The translations under genes were made by a program, and so were the position numbers. Under the pieces are notes generated by a model that did not search any database, was not told the DNA's origin, and was given only the letters and a program-made list of their open reading frames with translations. From Escherichia phage vB_EcoP_FFK3: DNA of 39,300 bases. This document shows, one piece after another, positions 8,963 to 17,626 of this stretch. The stretch lies in sequence record ON548433.1; one strand, given 5' to 3'. Numbering within the stretch: the stretch's first letter is position 1; the number at the start of each line of letters is the position of its first letter.

Positions 8963-9111
8963 TGGTAACTTATGGTCTCTGCCAGCACCACGTCACCAAC
9001 GCCCGGCTTATGGTCAAGACCGGGCAGTTAAACCACGATGCGACTATGCGCCACCTGAAAGCGGTCTACGAGGGCCGCAAGCGTATACACGACAGCTTAC
9101 ACACTGAGTGA
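8962..9111 (+). CDS. Hypothetical small early protein
   Basis: 49-aa ORF whose ATG overlaps the ocr stop (TGATG); preferred over the alternative-frame ORF 8925..9107 for that reason only. Confidence 0.3.
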   Translation: MVTYGLCQHHVTNARLMVKTGQLNHDATMRHLKAVYEGRKRIHDSLHTE

Positions 9112-9118
9112 TAGACGA

Positions 9119-9144
9119 GAGGTCATCGACTGATAGGTGGCCTC
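9119..9144 (+). other. Stem-loop of the AGGTCAT/GTGGCCT family
   Basis: GAGGTCAT (9119-9126), loop CGACTGATAG, GTGGCCTC (9137-9144); same stem architecture as elements at 4440, 12822, 19827. Confidence 0.45.
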
Positions 9145-9177
9145 AAAGATTACCACTTAAATTGATAGAGGTTAACT

Positions 9178-9267
9178 ATGAACATCGGTTACTGGGTATG
9201 CCTGTCTCCAGTTATCTGGATGATAGGCTATGGGTTATACGACTGTATTAAACGGAAATCACTATGA
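9178..9267 (+). CDS. Hypothetical small hydrophobic peptide
   Basis: 29-aa ORF with SD GAGG; stop overlaps next start (ATGA); hydrophobic. Confidence 0.3.
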   Translation: MNIGYWVCLSPVIWMIGYGLYDCIKRKSL

Positions 9268-9461
9268 GTCTTGCACTATTGATAGCCATAGGCTATGGAC
9301 TTATCACCTACGTGCTGGTGAGAGACATCGACAAAGCGCGTAAAGTCTACAAATTCAACTATGTACGTCTGGGCCGCTGGACTGTACGTCAACCTAACGG
9401 ACGATTCATGCGCAACTTAGCGAACGTCTGGGACATAGCAACTATTGGGAGCAAACTGTAA
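9264..9461 (+). CDS. Hypothetical small membrane protein (early)
   Basis: 65 aa; N-terminal TM segment (LALLIAIGYGLITYVLV); translationally coupled to neighbours. Confidence 0.5.
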   Translation: MSLALLIAIGYGLITYVLVRDIDKARKVYKFNYVRLGRWTVRQPNGRFMRNLANVWDIATIGSKL

Positions 9462-9721
9462 TGAAAACCGTATACATTAACAAACCATCTATCCGTAGCC
9501 GTGTAGAGCAAATACAGCGTGACGTGTTCTTACATCGCCGCATGGAGGCAGAGGGCCATAAGTCCGAACTGATGTGTCTGGCGTATGGTGGACGACCGAT
9601 CACTGACGATGGTAGACTTTTAGTCTCAGGCTGGAAGGCGATAGACCAACGGTCAACCATCAAGCACACGACTCATGGTGACTTCAGCCATCTCCACGCT
9701 AACCCACTGATATGCAAGTAA
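9461..9721 (+). CDS. Hypothetical early protein
   Basis: 86-aa ORF; start overlaps previous stop (TAATG). Confidence 0.5.
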   Translation: MKTVYINKPSIRSRVEQIQRDVFLHRRMEAEGHKSELMCLAYGGRPITDDGRLLVSGWKAIDQRSTIKHTTHGDFSHLHANPLICK

Positions 9722-9726
9722 TTATG

Positions 9727-9749
9727 ACTTAACTATCACTATAGGACTC
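9727..9749 (+). promoter_or_regulatory. Phage RNAP promoter immediately upstream of the RNAP gene
   Basis: ACTTAACTATCACTATAGGACTC; exact match to the window consensus; +1 G at 9744, 75 nt before the gene 1 start. Confidence 0.75.
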
Positions 9750-9818
9750 AAGGTCTAAGACTCCAAGTGAAAGACCAAAGAGACTTTAAGTGAAAGACTA
9801 ATAACAAGGACTTTAAGT

Positions 9819-12500
9819 ATGAGCGTCATCTCTATTGATAAACACGACTTCTCTGATGTGTCGAACGCCATTGAGCCGTTTAACCTGCTGGCCGACCACT
9901 ACGGGCAAGATCTTGCAGTCAAACAGCTTCAGCTTGAGCATGAGGCATACACTGAAGGCGAGCGACGTTTCATCAAGAACCTTGAGCGACAGACTGAGCG
10001 CGGGGAACTGGCAGACAATCAGGTCGCCAAGCCTTTGATGCAGACTCTGGTCCCTAAGATTGCGCAAGCCGTCAAGGAGTGGCACGAAGGTCCAGACGGG
10101 AAGCTGTCAACCTCTCGTCCTAGCGTAGCGTTCACCATGTTGAGCACTGAAGAGAAGGCCGTCAAGGACCGCTCACTGCGTATCTCTTGCGAGTCTGCTG
10201 CGGTCATCATACTGAAGGTCATACTCTCCAAGCTGGTCAAGCCTGAGGGGATACCAATTACACCGATGGCTTCCGCGATAGGTCGCACACTTGAGGATGA
10301 AATCCGCTTCGGTCGCATCCGTGACAAGGAGAAGGAGCACTTCAAGAAGGCGATAGCTGATAACCTGAATAAGCGGGCCGGGGCGTCCTACAAGAAAGCC
10401 TACATGCAAGCGGTCGAGGCATCCATGCTGGAGCAAGGACAACTTGAAGATGCGTGGGGAACTTGGAGTCCTACAGAGGCTGTCCACGTTGGCATCAAGA
10501 TGCTTGAGATTGTCATCCAGTCAACACAACTGGTAGAGCTTAAGCGGTACGGTGCTGGCAATGCAGCGGCTGACGTAGAGATGGTCCACCTGTCAGACTT
10601 CTGGGTCAAGAAGATGGCACAACGAGGATTCAGCCTTGCGGGTATCGCTCCAGTCTACCAGCCTTGCGTCGTTCCACCTAAGCCGTGGACTGGTGTCGTA
10701 GGTGGTGGGTACTGGGCCAAAGGTCGCAGACCGTTACCATTGATTCGCTTAGGGTCTAAGTCTGCGGTGGCACGTTATGAAGACGTGTACATGCCTGAAG
10801 TCTATGACGCTGTGAATATCATCCAGAATACACCTTGGAAAGTGAACAAGAAGGTATTAGACGTGGTGAACATGGTCGAGAAGCTGAACAACACGCCTAT
10901 TGATGACATCCCTCAGATGGAACCGCTGAAGCCTGAAGACTATGCGGGTGAGACTGAGGAGGAACTCAAGGCATGGAAGAAGGCTGCTGCTGGTATCTAT
11001 CGCCGCGAGAAGGCCAGACAGTCACGCAGATTATCACTGAGCTTTATCGTTAACCAAGCGAACAAGTTCTCTCAGTTCAAGGCCATCTGGTTCCCGTACA
11101 ACATGGACTGGCGAGGTCGTGTCTACGCTGTGCCGATGTTCAACCCTCAGGGTAACGACATGCAGAAGGGTCTCCTGACTCTGGCAGTCGGTAAGCCTAT
11201 TGGTGCTGATGGTTTCAAATGGCTGAAGGTCCACGGTGCAAACTGTGCTGGTGTCGATAAAGTCACCTTCGAGGAGCGTATCAAGTGGGTGGAAGACAAC
11301 CACGAAAACATCATGGCTGCTGCTAAGGCACCGATGGATAGTATTGAGTGGTGGGGCAAGTTAGACTCTCCGTTCTGTTTCCTCGCGTTCTGCTTCGAGT
11401 ATGCTGGCGTAATGCACCACGGCCTGTCTTACTCCTGCTCGCTGCCGATAGCGTTCGATGGGTCCTGCTCTGGTATTCAGCACTTCAGTGCGATGCTTCG
11501 TGACCACATCGGTGGACATGCAGTAAACCTGACGCCATCCGGTAAGGTACAAGACATCTACCGCATTGTGTCTGACCGCATTGAGGAGGAGCTTAAAGTC
11601 CTGCTGATTAACGGTACTGACAACGAGATGGTCACTCACGAGGATAAGAAAACTGGTGAGATTACCGAACGTATCAAGCTGGGGACACGAGAGCTGGCCC
11701 GGCAGTGGCTGACTTACGGCATGTCACGCAAGGTCACTAAGCGTTCAGTAATGACTCTGGCCTATGGGTCGAAAGAGTACGGCTTCGCAGACCAAGTTTA
11801 TGAGGACATCGTGATGCCAGCGATTGACTCAGGGTCTGGCGCTATGTTCACCGAACCAAGCCAAGCGTCCCGCTTCATGGCTAAGATGATTTGGGAAGCT
11901 GTGAGCGTGACCGTAGTTGCTGCGGTTGACGCGATGAAGTGGCTTCAGGGTGCTGCCAAGCTGCTGGCTGCTGAAGTGAAGGACAAGAAGACTGGAGAAA
12001 TCCTGAAGCCTTGCCTTCCGGTACACTGGGTAACACCTGATGGTTTCCCGGTCTGGCAGGAATACCGCAAGAAGGATACCACTCGTCTGAATCTGATGTT
12101 CTTAGGGTCATTCAACCTTCAACCTACGGTCAACAAAGGCACGAAGAAAGAGCTTGACAAGCACAAGCAGGAGTCAGGCATTAGCCCGAACTTCGTCCAC
12201 TCACAAGATGGTAGCCACCTCCGCAAGACTGTAGTCCACACGCATCGCAAGTATGGCGTGATGTCATTCGCAGTGATTCATGATAGCTTCGGGACCATCC
12301 CGGCTGACGCTGAACATCTGTTCCGTGGTGTCCGTGAGACGATGGTCGAGACCTACCGCGACAACGATGTGCTGCTTGACTTCTACGAGCAGTTTGAATA
12401 CCAGCTTCATGAGAGCCAGCGCGACAAGTTGCCTGAGCTTCCGAAGAAAGGTAAACTGAATATCGAAGACATCTTGTCTTCAGACTTTGCATTCGCTTAA
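9819..12500 (+). CDS. gp1: Single-subunit DNA-directed RNA polymerase (T7 gp1 homolog)
   Basis: 893 aa; conserved T7 RNAP blocks incl. catalytic DGSCSGIQH and C-terminal FAFA; RBS AAGGA. Confidence 0.95.
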   Translation: MSVISIDKHDFSDVSNAIEPFNLLADHYGQDLAVKQLQLEHEAYTEGERRFIKNLERQTERGELADNQVAKPLMQTLVPKIAQAVKEWHEGPDGKLSTSRPSVAFTMLSTEEKAVKDRSLRISCESAAVIILKVILSKLVKPEGIPITPMASAIGRTLEDEIRFGRIRDKEKEHFKKAIADNLNKRAGASYKKAYMQAVEASMLEQGQLEDAWGTWSPTEAVHVGIKMLEIVIQSTQLVELKRYGAGNAAADVEMVHLSDFWVKKMAQRGFSLAGIAPVYQPCVVPPKPWTGVVGGGYWAKGRRPLPLIRLGSKSAVARYEDVYMPEVYDAVNIIQNTPWKVNKKVLDVVNMVEKLNNTPIDDIPQMEPLKPEDYAGETEEELKAWKKAAAGIYRREKARQSRRLSLSFIVNQANKFSQFKAIWFPYNMDWRGRVYAVPMFNPQGNDMQKGLLTLAVGKPIGADGFKWLKVHGANCAGVDKVTFEERIKWVEDNHENIMAAAKAPMDSIEWWGKLDSPFCFLAFCFEYAGVMHHGLSYSCSLPIAFDGSCSGIQHFSAMLRDHIGGHAVNLTPSGKVQDIYRIVSDRIEEELKVLLINGTDNEMVTHEDKKTGEITERIKLGTRELARQWLTYGMSRKVTKRSVMTLAYGSKEYGFADQVYEDIVMPAIDSGSGAMFTEPSQASRFMAKMIWEAVSVTVVAAVDAMKWLQGAAKLLAAEVKDKKTGEILKPCLPVHWVTPDGFPVWQEYRKKDTTRLNLMFLGSFNLQPTVNKGTKKELDKHKQESGISPNFVHSQDGSHLRKTVVHTHRKYGVMSFAVIHDSFGTIPADAEHLFRGVRETMVETYRDNDVLLDFYEQFEYQLHESQRDKLPELPKKGKLNIEDILSSDFAFA

Positions 12501-12518
12501 TAACATAGGAGAGACAAC

Positions 12519-12719
12519 ATGCAGTTCGCACACCGTGTATCAAACGTATCTGGCGGCAACAAGGTAGTAACCGTAACCACTGTGGCTGGCAAGGGTCTGG
12601 TCAAGGTTACTATGGTCCCGACCGGAACGGCTAAGGCCAAGGGTATCAGCCAGAAGGAGCTGATTCAGGTAATCAAGTGGTCCCACGAGAAGTCCCTACG
12701 GGAAGAGGCAACCAAATGA
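12519..12719 (+). CDS. Hypothetical protein between RNAP gene and phi1.1-like promoter
   Basis: 66-aa ORF with RBS GGAGAG; no recognised homolog. Confidence 0.45.
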   Translation: MQFAHRVSNVSGGNKVVTVTTVAGKGLVKVTMVPTGTAKAKGISQKELIQVIKWSHEKSLREEATK

Positions 12720-12793
12720 CAGACCTACAGTTACTGGCCTTGTGGCTGGGAGTACTAGCAGTATTCACTTTAATCCAACTCAGAAGAGGTTAA

Positions 12794-12816
12794 CCTAAAC
12801 TATCACTATAGGATTA
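12794..12816 (+). promoter_or_regulatory. Phage RNAP promoter (phi1.1A-like)
   Basis: CCTAAACTATCACTATAGGATTA; +1 G at 12811. Confidence 0.8.
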
Positions 12817-12857
12817 GACTCAAGGTCATGACTCAAAGTCGTGGCCTTCATGATTAA
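12814..12857 (+). other. Conserved stem-loop element, putative RNase III site (R1.1-like)
   Basis: TTAGACTCAAGGTCATG..GTGGCCTTCATGATTAA; stem AAGGTCAT (12822-12829) with GTGGCCTT (12841-12848). Confidence 0.55.
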
Positions 12858-12888
12858 CCCTATAACCTAAACAACTGGAGCTACAACA

Positions 12889-13068
12889 ATGTATCAGAAC
12901 ACTATCAACTTCGAGCGCATCCGTGAACGTCAGCAGACTGAAGACTACATTCCGAAGGGCCGCAAGCTGAACAAGACCAAGCGTGGCGGTGGTGTCAAAG
13001 GAGCTTTCCGTAACGCTGAGGGCAAAGACTCTATGGTAAATCAAGAGAAATACTTCGTAGGAGCATAA
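12889..13068 (+). CDS. gp1.1-like small basic protein
   Basis: 59-aa ORF with SD CTGGAG; motif KGRKLNKTKR matches recalled T7 gp1.1; under ORF-track threshold. Confidence 0.45.
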   Translation: MYQNTINFERIRERQQTEDYIPKGRKLNKTKRGGGVKGAFRNAEGKDSMVNQEKYFVGA

Positions 13069-13072
13069 CGCT

Positions 13073-13336
13073 ATGGGCCGACTTTATAGTGGCAACATTA
13101 ACGCTTTCAGAGCAGCGTGCAACCGACTATATCAGTTAGACTTCGCTGTCATATCTCAGGAGTCTCAAGACCTTGCGTCACGCCAAGAGTGCATGAGACT
13201 CAGGGTCGAGGACCGGGCTGGTAACATATTCGCTCTTGAGTCCTTCGCACACTACGATGAAGACGTACTGTACAATACTGCAACCGACTTCCTTAATGGT
13301 CTCGCTGACCAACTCGACACATGGAGCAAATCCTAA
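13073..13336 (+). CDS. gp1.2: gp1.2-like protein (T7 dGTPase inhibitor homolog)
   Basis: 87 aa; N-terminus MGRLYSGN and blocks LRVEDRAGN, HYDEDVLYN match recalled T7 gp1.2. Confidence 0.75.
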   Translation: MGRLYSGNINAFRAACNRLYQLDFAVISQESQDLASRQECMRLRVEDRAGNIFALESFAHYDEDVLYNTATDFLNGLADQLDTWSKS

Positions 13337-14388
13337 TGACAACGATTATCAAAACTAACCCACATCGCGCTGTATACTACTCTGAGTCTGGCGTTAAGAA
13401 AGCACTGGATGCCACTGGGTCTCTCGAAGCTGAAGTGAAGTACGATGGCGTCCGGTTGAATCTTCCGGTCTTCCCTACTGGTGAGACTCAATGGTTGAGC
13501 CGTGAGTCTAAACCTCTCCCAGCCCTTAGCTGGTTGAACACTTCCGGTCAGGACATAGGAGCTACCAAAGCGAGCGACTGGCGGTGGTTCCTGAAGCAAG
13601 CTGGCTATGAAGGGACTGGCCTGATGATTGATGGCGAGGTCATGGTGAAAGGGGTTGACTTCAACACGTCTTCGGGCCTCATCCGCACGAAGTATGTCAA
13701 GTCTAAAAACTACGACTTCCACGATGGCGATTGGGACCTCAAGTCCAAGACTACTCAGTTCCGGCTGGACCGAGACCATATCAAGGTGGTCGTCTATGGT
13801 ATCATAGACCTTAACGTCATCCTTGACCCGAAAGCCGAAGGTCCTATCCATAGCGTCACACGCCTGAAGGCCGAAGCTATCGTCCCTCTCCTCCAGAAAT
13901 ACTTCCCGGAAATCGACTGGGTTCTGTCTGAGTCACACACGGTCTATGACATTGAGTCGCTCAACTCCCTGTACGAAGAGAAGCGTCTGGAAGGACATGA
14001 GGGTCTGGTAGTCAAGGACCCACTGGGTAAATACAAGCGTGGCAAGAAGTCAGGCATGTGGAAGATGAAGCCTGAGGAGACAATCGACGGGACCGTGTGT
14101 GGCCTCGTGTGGGGGACTCCGGGTAAGGCGAACGAAGGTAAGGTCATTGGCTTCGAGGTGCTGCTTGAGGATGGCATGGTGGTTAATGCTTGTGGTCTGA
14201 CTGAAGAACAGAAGGATGAGTTTACGGAAGCCTGTAACACTGATACATATATTCTCGGTGGAATCAATCCATACGAAGGCTGGCAGTGTGAAGTCCTTTT
14301 CATGGAGCGGTTCCCTGATGGCTCACTCCGTCATCCCAGCTTCAAGTGTTGGCGTGGAACGGAAGACAATCCAACCGTTAAGAGCTAA
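13336..14388 (+). CDS. gp1.3: ATP-dependent DNA ligase (T7 gp1.3 homolog)
   Basis: Adenylation motif KYDGVR; start taken at ATG 13336 overlapping gp1.2 stop (TAATG), consistent with T7 ligase N-terminus (IKTNP). Confidence 0.9.
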   Translation: MTTIIKTNPHRAVYYSESGVKKALDATGSLEAEVKYDGVRLNLPVFPTGETQWLSRESKPLPALSWLNTSGQDIGATKASDWRWFLKQAGYEGTGLMIDGEVMVKGVDFNTSSGLIRTKYVKSKNYDFHDGDWDLKSKTTQFRLDRDHIKVVVYGIIDLNVILDPKAEGPIHSVTRLKAEAIVPLLQKYFPEIDWVLSESHTVYDIESLNSLYEEKRLEGHEGLVVKDPLGKYKRGKKSGMWKMKPEETIDGTVCGLVWGTPGKANEGKVIGFEVLLEDGMVVNACGLTEEQKDEFTEACNTDTYILGGINPYEGWQCEVLFMERFPDGSLRHPSFKCWRGTEDNPTVKS

Positions 14389-14399
14389 CTAAACGTCAA

Positions 14400-14430
14400 C
14401 CCAGTGGTCTTCGGACTGCTGGGTTTCTTT
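14400..14430 (+). terminator. Early terminator (T7 TE-like) after the ligase gene
   Basis: Stem CCCAGTGGTC/GACTGCTGGG with two G-U wobbles, UUCG tetraloop, followed by TTTCTTT; same position as T7 TE. Confidence 0.7.
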
Positions 14431-14452
14431 GCGTCTTGGCCACAAGCCTGAC

Positions 14453-14475
14453 CCTAAGCTATCACTATAGGACAA
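14453..14475 (+). promoter_or_regulatory. Phage RNAP promoter (variant at -11)
   Basis: CCTAAGCTATCACTATAGGACAA; +1 G at 14470. Confidence 0.7.
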
Positions 14476-14501
14476 CCATAACTCGACCTAAGGAGGCCGA
14501 C

Positions 14502-14765
14502 ATGTTTAAGAACTTAATGTTCAACCGTTATTCCAATACCTTCCACCTGTCTCACAACCCGTTCGCTTGCATTAAGCGCAACGAGAAGCTGGGATACTTC
14601 GGGAAGGCCGTTAAGCTGTCACCTACAGTCTACGCGCTGATTACTCCCGGAAAAGCTGAAGAGGCTCGCCAAAAGCGTGAGACCGACGTACCTGTGGTAT
14701 ACACCAAGTGGCCTCGCGTTCGTCTGTTTATTGAGTTCGTGAAGAAGGAGGTGATCAATGGTTAA
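14502..14765 (+). CDS. Hypothetical protein
   Basis: 88 aa from ATG 14502 with RBS AAGGAGG; the longer ORF-track start at 14436 would overlap the promoter. Confidence 0.5.
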   Translation: MFKNLMFNRYSNTFHLSHNPFACIKRNEKLGYFGKAVKLSPTVYALITPGKAEEARQKRETDVPVVYTKWPRVRLFIEFVKKEVING

Positions 14766-15201
14766 GGTGGGGGATACAGTTAACTATGTTGGACCAGTTG
14801 AAGCCCACACGGGACGCTCCTGTGGCAAGGTGGTAGTGGTTAAGAATGAGCATGTAGCTGTTGTTAAGTGGCCCCGTTTATCTGAACCACTCACTCACTC
14901 CATTAGTTCCTTAAGTATTACCAAGCAGGCGCAGTCCGAGCCGACAACCATAGGTCAGGAAGATAGCGTCCGTAAGCCATCTCACTATCAGGTCTTTGAC
15001 GGTGTGGAATCCATTGAGATTATCGCTCGGTCAATGACTGTCAGCGAGTTCCGTGGCTTCTGCATGGGTAACGTCCTTAAGTATCGACTCCGGGCTGGTA
15101 AGAAGTCAGAGCTAGCAACTATGGAGAAGGACCTAAACAAAGCGGCCTTCTATCAGGAGCTGTTCGACCTGCATAAAGGTAAGTGCTATGACTCCAAGTA
15201 G
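14758..15201 (+). CDS. DUF3310-like protein (possible T7 gp1.7-type nucleotide kinase family)
   Basis: 147 aa; C-terminal block KPSHYQVFDGVESIEIIARSMTVSEFRGFCMGNVLKYRLRAGKK resembles the conserved phage DUF3310 signature; RBS AGGAGG. Confidence 0.5.
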   Translation: MVKVGDTVNYVGPVEAHTGRSCGKVVVVKNEHVAVVKWPRLSEPLTHSISSLSITKQAQSEPTTIGQEDSVRKPSHYQVFDGVESIEIIARSMTVSEFRGFCMGNVLKYRLRAGKKSELATMEKDLNKAAFYQELFDLHKGKCYDSK

Positions 15202-15279
15202 CTGGTGCTTTAGACAGTGGGTCTCAACCGGGAATGTGGACTACCTGTCCATGTACCATATGTGGAAGGAGAAAGGGCT

Positions 15280-15438
15280 ATGAGCCTTGAAGAAAAGAAA
15301 TACATCGTGGAGCTTGAGGGACGCGTTCAGTCCTTCGAGGTTCCGTTGTACGCAAAGTCTCTTGAAGAGGCTACCCTGAAGTCCCAAGAGTATGAGGACG
15401 CTGGGTTTGTGGTCGGACGGATTCGTCCTGAGACCTAA
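15280..15438 (+). CDS. gp2: Host RNA polymerase inhibitor (T7 Gp2 homolog)
   Basis: 52 aa from ATG 15280 (RBS GGAAGGAG); [14 protein letters not shown] and [10 protein letters not shown] match recalled T7 Gp2. Confidence 0.7.
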   Translation: MSLEEKKYIVELEGRVQSFEVPLYAKSLEEATLKSQEYEDAGFVVGRIRPET

Positions 15439-15456
15439 ACTATCACTGTAGGACAG
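15434..15456 (+). promoter_or_regulatory. Phage RNAP promoter variant (CACTGTAGG)
   Basis: CCTAAACTATCACTGTAGGACAG; one mismatch at -3; upstream of SSB gene. Confidence 0.6.
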
Positions 15457-15495
15457 ACGTCCAGTTCGTAACTTTAAAATAGGAGATTTACACCG

Positions 15496-16194
15496 ATGGC
15501 TAAAGAGCAACTGAAGACTTTCACCACTCCGGTAGCTGGTATCGTTGAGCCTTACGCATGGCTGAACAAAGCAGACACCAAGTTTAATGATCGTGGTGAG
15601 CATAAGGTTAACCTGACTTTCGACCTGAGCAACCCGAAGGTCCGTAAGATGATTGATGTCTTACAGAAGATTCACGACGATGCGTATGCGAAAGCACTCG
15701 CAGACCACGAGAAGAACCCGCCTCAGGTTCAGCGTGGCAAGAAGCCTATTGAACCACGAGAAGGCGACATGCCGTGGATTGAGAATGGTGACGGTACTGT
15801 TACCTTGAAGTTTAAATGCTTCGCGTCTTACCTGAAGGATGGTAAGTCTGAGCCTATCGTATTACGGTTCTACGACACCGATGCTAAGTTAATCCGTGAC
15901 GTCCCGAATATTGGCGCTGGGTCTAAGCTGAAGGTCAAGTTTAAAGTCCTGCCGTTCAAGTGGAACGCTGCGACTGGTGCAAGCGTTAAGCTCCAGCTTG
16001 AGTCCTGCCTTCTGGTAGAACTGAAGGAGTGGAAAGGCGATGGTGCTGGTGGCGATGGTGGCTGGGGTGATGATGAAGACCTTGGTACTGGCTACAAAGC
16101 GTCAACCGATGGTGACTTCGGGTCTGATGACTTCGGTGACGATGGTTCCGAAGGTGGTTCCGAGTCCAACTCTGGTGGCGATTACGACTTCTAA
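15496..16194 (+). CDS. gp2.5: Single-stranded DNA-binding protein (T7 gp2.5 homolog)
   Basis: 232 aa, same length as T7 gp2.5; acidic C-terminal tail ending DYDF. Confidence 0.9.
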   Translation: MAKEQLKTFTTPVAGIVEPYAWLNKADTKFNDRGEHKVNLTFDLSNPKVRKMIDVLQKIHDDAYAKALADHEKNPPQVQRGKKPIEPREGDMPWIENGDGTVTLKFKCFASYLKDGKSEPIVLRFYDTDAKLIRDVPNIGAGSKLKVKFKVLPFKWNAATGASVKLQLESCLLVELKEWKGDGAGGDGGWGDDEDLGTGYKASTDGDFGSDDFGDDGSEGGSESNSGGDYDF

Positions 16195-16646
16195 TGGCCC
16201 AATGGTCTGCAAAACGGGGGCACTCTGTGGGTGCCTACCGCTCTGGGCTTGAAGCCAAGAACCAGCAGTGGCTGGAACAGAACGGCGTCAAAGCGGAGTA
16301 CGAAAGCCATTATATCAACTATGTGATTCCGGCTTCCGACCACAAGTACACACCAGATTTTATTCTTCCTAACGGTATCATCGTGGAGACCAAAGGTATC
16401 TTCGATAGTGATGACCGTAAGAAGCACCTTCTGGTACGAGAACAGCACCCAGAGTTAGACATCCGGTTCGTGTTCTCAAGTTCCCGCTCCAAGCTATACA
16501 AAGGGTCTCCGACCACGTATGGCGCATGGTGCGAAAAGAACGGCTTTAAGTATGCCGATAAATTCATCCCTGTTGAGTGGCTGCGAGAGGCGACTGTACG
16601 TCTGCCTTCGGGTATACTCATTCCAAAAAAGAAAGGAGTTAAGTGA
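16194..16646 (+). CDS. gp3: Endonuclease I, Holliday junction resolvase (T7 gp3 homolog)
   Basis: 150 aa; similarity to T7 gp3; start overlaps SSB stop (TAATG). Confidence 0.9.
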   Translation: MAQWSAKRGHSVGAYRSGLEAKNQQWLEQNGVKAEYESHYINYVIPASDHKYTPDFILPNGIIVETKGIFDSDDRKKHLLVREQHPELDIRFVFSSSRSKLYKGSPTTYGAWCEKNGFKYADKFIPVEWLREATVRLPSGILIPKKKGVK

Positions 16647-16870
16647 TGACTCAGGAAGTTAAGGTAGTTCGTAAGCGTCTGACCATTGATAAAATCCCGG
16701 TAGGCTATGCGTTTATCGTCCACGGTAAGCCGGGTGAAGTGTACGTGAAGATTAGTAACTCTCACGTCTTCAACCATAAGTTACTCCAGATGCACACCAC
16801 GGATGCTAACCGCTTCCAACGTCATCTGAACCTCGTAGCTGTAGAGCTGGTGGTGTATGATGGTGAGTAA
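16646..16870 (+). CDS. Hypothetical protein between endonuclease I and lysozyme genes
   Basis: 74 aa from ATG 16646 overlapping gp3 stop (TGATG); RBS GAAAGGAG; no T7 counterpart at this position. Confidence 0.5.
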   Translation: MTQEVKVVRKRLTIDKIPVGYAFIVHGKPGEVYVKISNSHVFNHKLLQMHTTDANRFQRHLNLVAVELVVYDGE

Positions 16871-17318
16871 GGTGCAATTCAACCCACGGTCCCGGACTGA
16901 CGCTATCTTCGTTCACTGTTCGGCTACCAAGCCAGAGATGGACATCGGGGTAGAGACCATCCGTATGTGGCACAAGCAGCAAGGCTGGCTGGATGTAGGC
17001 TACCACTTTATCATCAAGCGTGACGGTACTGTGGAAGAGGGTCGCCCGGTAAATGTCGTAGGGTCACACGTTAAGGATTGGAACTCCCGGTCAGTAGGCG
17101 TCTGCCTTGTAGGTGGAATTGACGCTAAGGGTCAGTTTGAAGCTAACTTCACTCCAGCCCAGATGAACTCCCTGCGCAACAAGCTGGCTGACCTGAAGGT
17201 CCTGTATCCTCAGGCAGAAATCAAAGCACACCATGACGTAGCACCTAAGGCGTGTCCAAGTTTTGACTTGCAACGCTGGCTGTCTACCAATGAACTGGTC
17301 ACTTCCGACCGTGGTTAA
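16857..17318 (+). CDS. gp3.5: Lysozyme / N-acetylmuramoyl-L-alanine amidase, RNAP inhibitor (T7 gp3.5 homolog)
   Basis: 153 aa; long identical blocks to T7 gp3.5 (DAIFVHCSAT, WLDVGYHFIIKRDGTVE, HHDVAPKACPSFDL, NELVTSDRG). Confidence 0.95.
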   Translation: MMVSKVQFNPRSRTDAIFVHCSATKPEMDIGVETIRMWHKQQGWLDVGYHFIIKRDGTVEEGRPVNVVGSHVKDWNSRSVGVCLVGGIDAKGQFEANFTPAQMNSLRNKLADLKVLYPQAEIKAHHDVAPKACPSFDLQRWLSTNELVTSDRG

Positions 17319-17342
17319 TAAACTCTAAGGGAGAACAACCCA

Positions 17343-17558
17343 ATGATTAAACTTATCGAATTTCTTGGTCGTCTGGTGGTGCGTGGGTATCGTCGTGCTG
17401 CGGTACTGGAACGAAAGGTAGAAAAGAAGACTGCGGACGGTGCGGCTGATGCTGCTGCTCTGGCTGACAAGCTGACCATAGCGTCACTGGAAGCTGGCAT
17501 GAAGGCGCGTCAGGCTGACACCAAAGCTGACCAGTTGGCTCAGTTATTCAAAGCCTAA
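17343..17558 (+). CDS. Hypothetical basic coiled-coil protein
   Basis: 71-aa ORF; Ala/Lys-rich. Confidence 0.45.
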   Translation: MIKLIEFLGRLVVRGYRRAAVLERKVEKKTADGAADAAALADKLTIASLEAGMKARQADTKADQLAQLFKA

Positions 17559-17576
17559 ACTATCACCTTAGGGATG
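17554..17576 (+). promoter_or_regulatory. Degenerate phage promoter-like site (CACCTTAGGG)
   Basis: CCTAAACTATCACCTTAGGGATG; conserved -17 to -6, two mismatches at -4 to -2. Confidence 0.4.
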
Positions 17577-17626
17577 GGACCATTAGTCCTGTCCCTTTGT
17601 TCGCATTTGTGACTAAGGAGTGACCA

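Noticed and set aside
8925-9107. 60-aa ORF overlapping the end of ocr
   Set aside because: It overlaps ocr extensively in another frame. The alternative ORF 8962..9111, with start coupled to the ocr stop, is more plausible, though itself low-confidence.
12716-12793. 25-aa hydrophobic ORF overlapping the stop of the 66-aa gene
   Set aside because: Very short and it runs into the phi1.1A-like promoter; no independent support.
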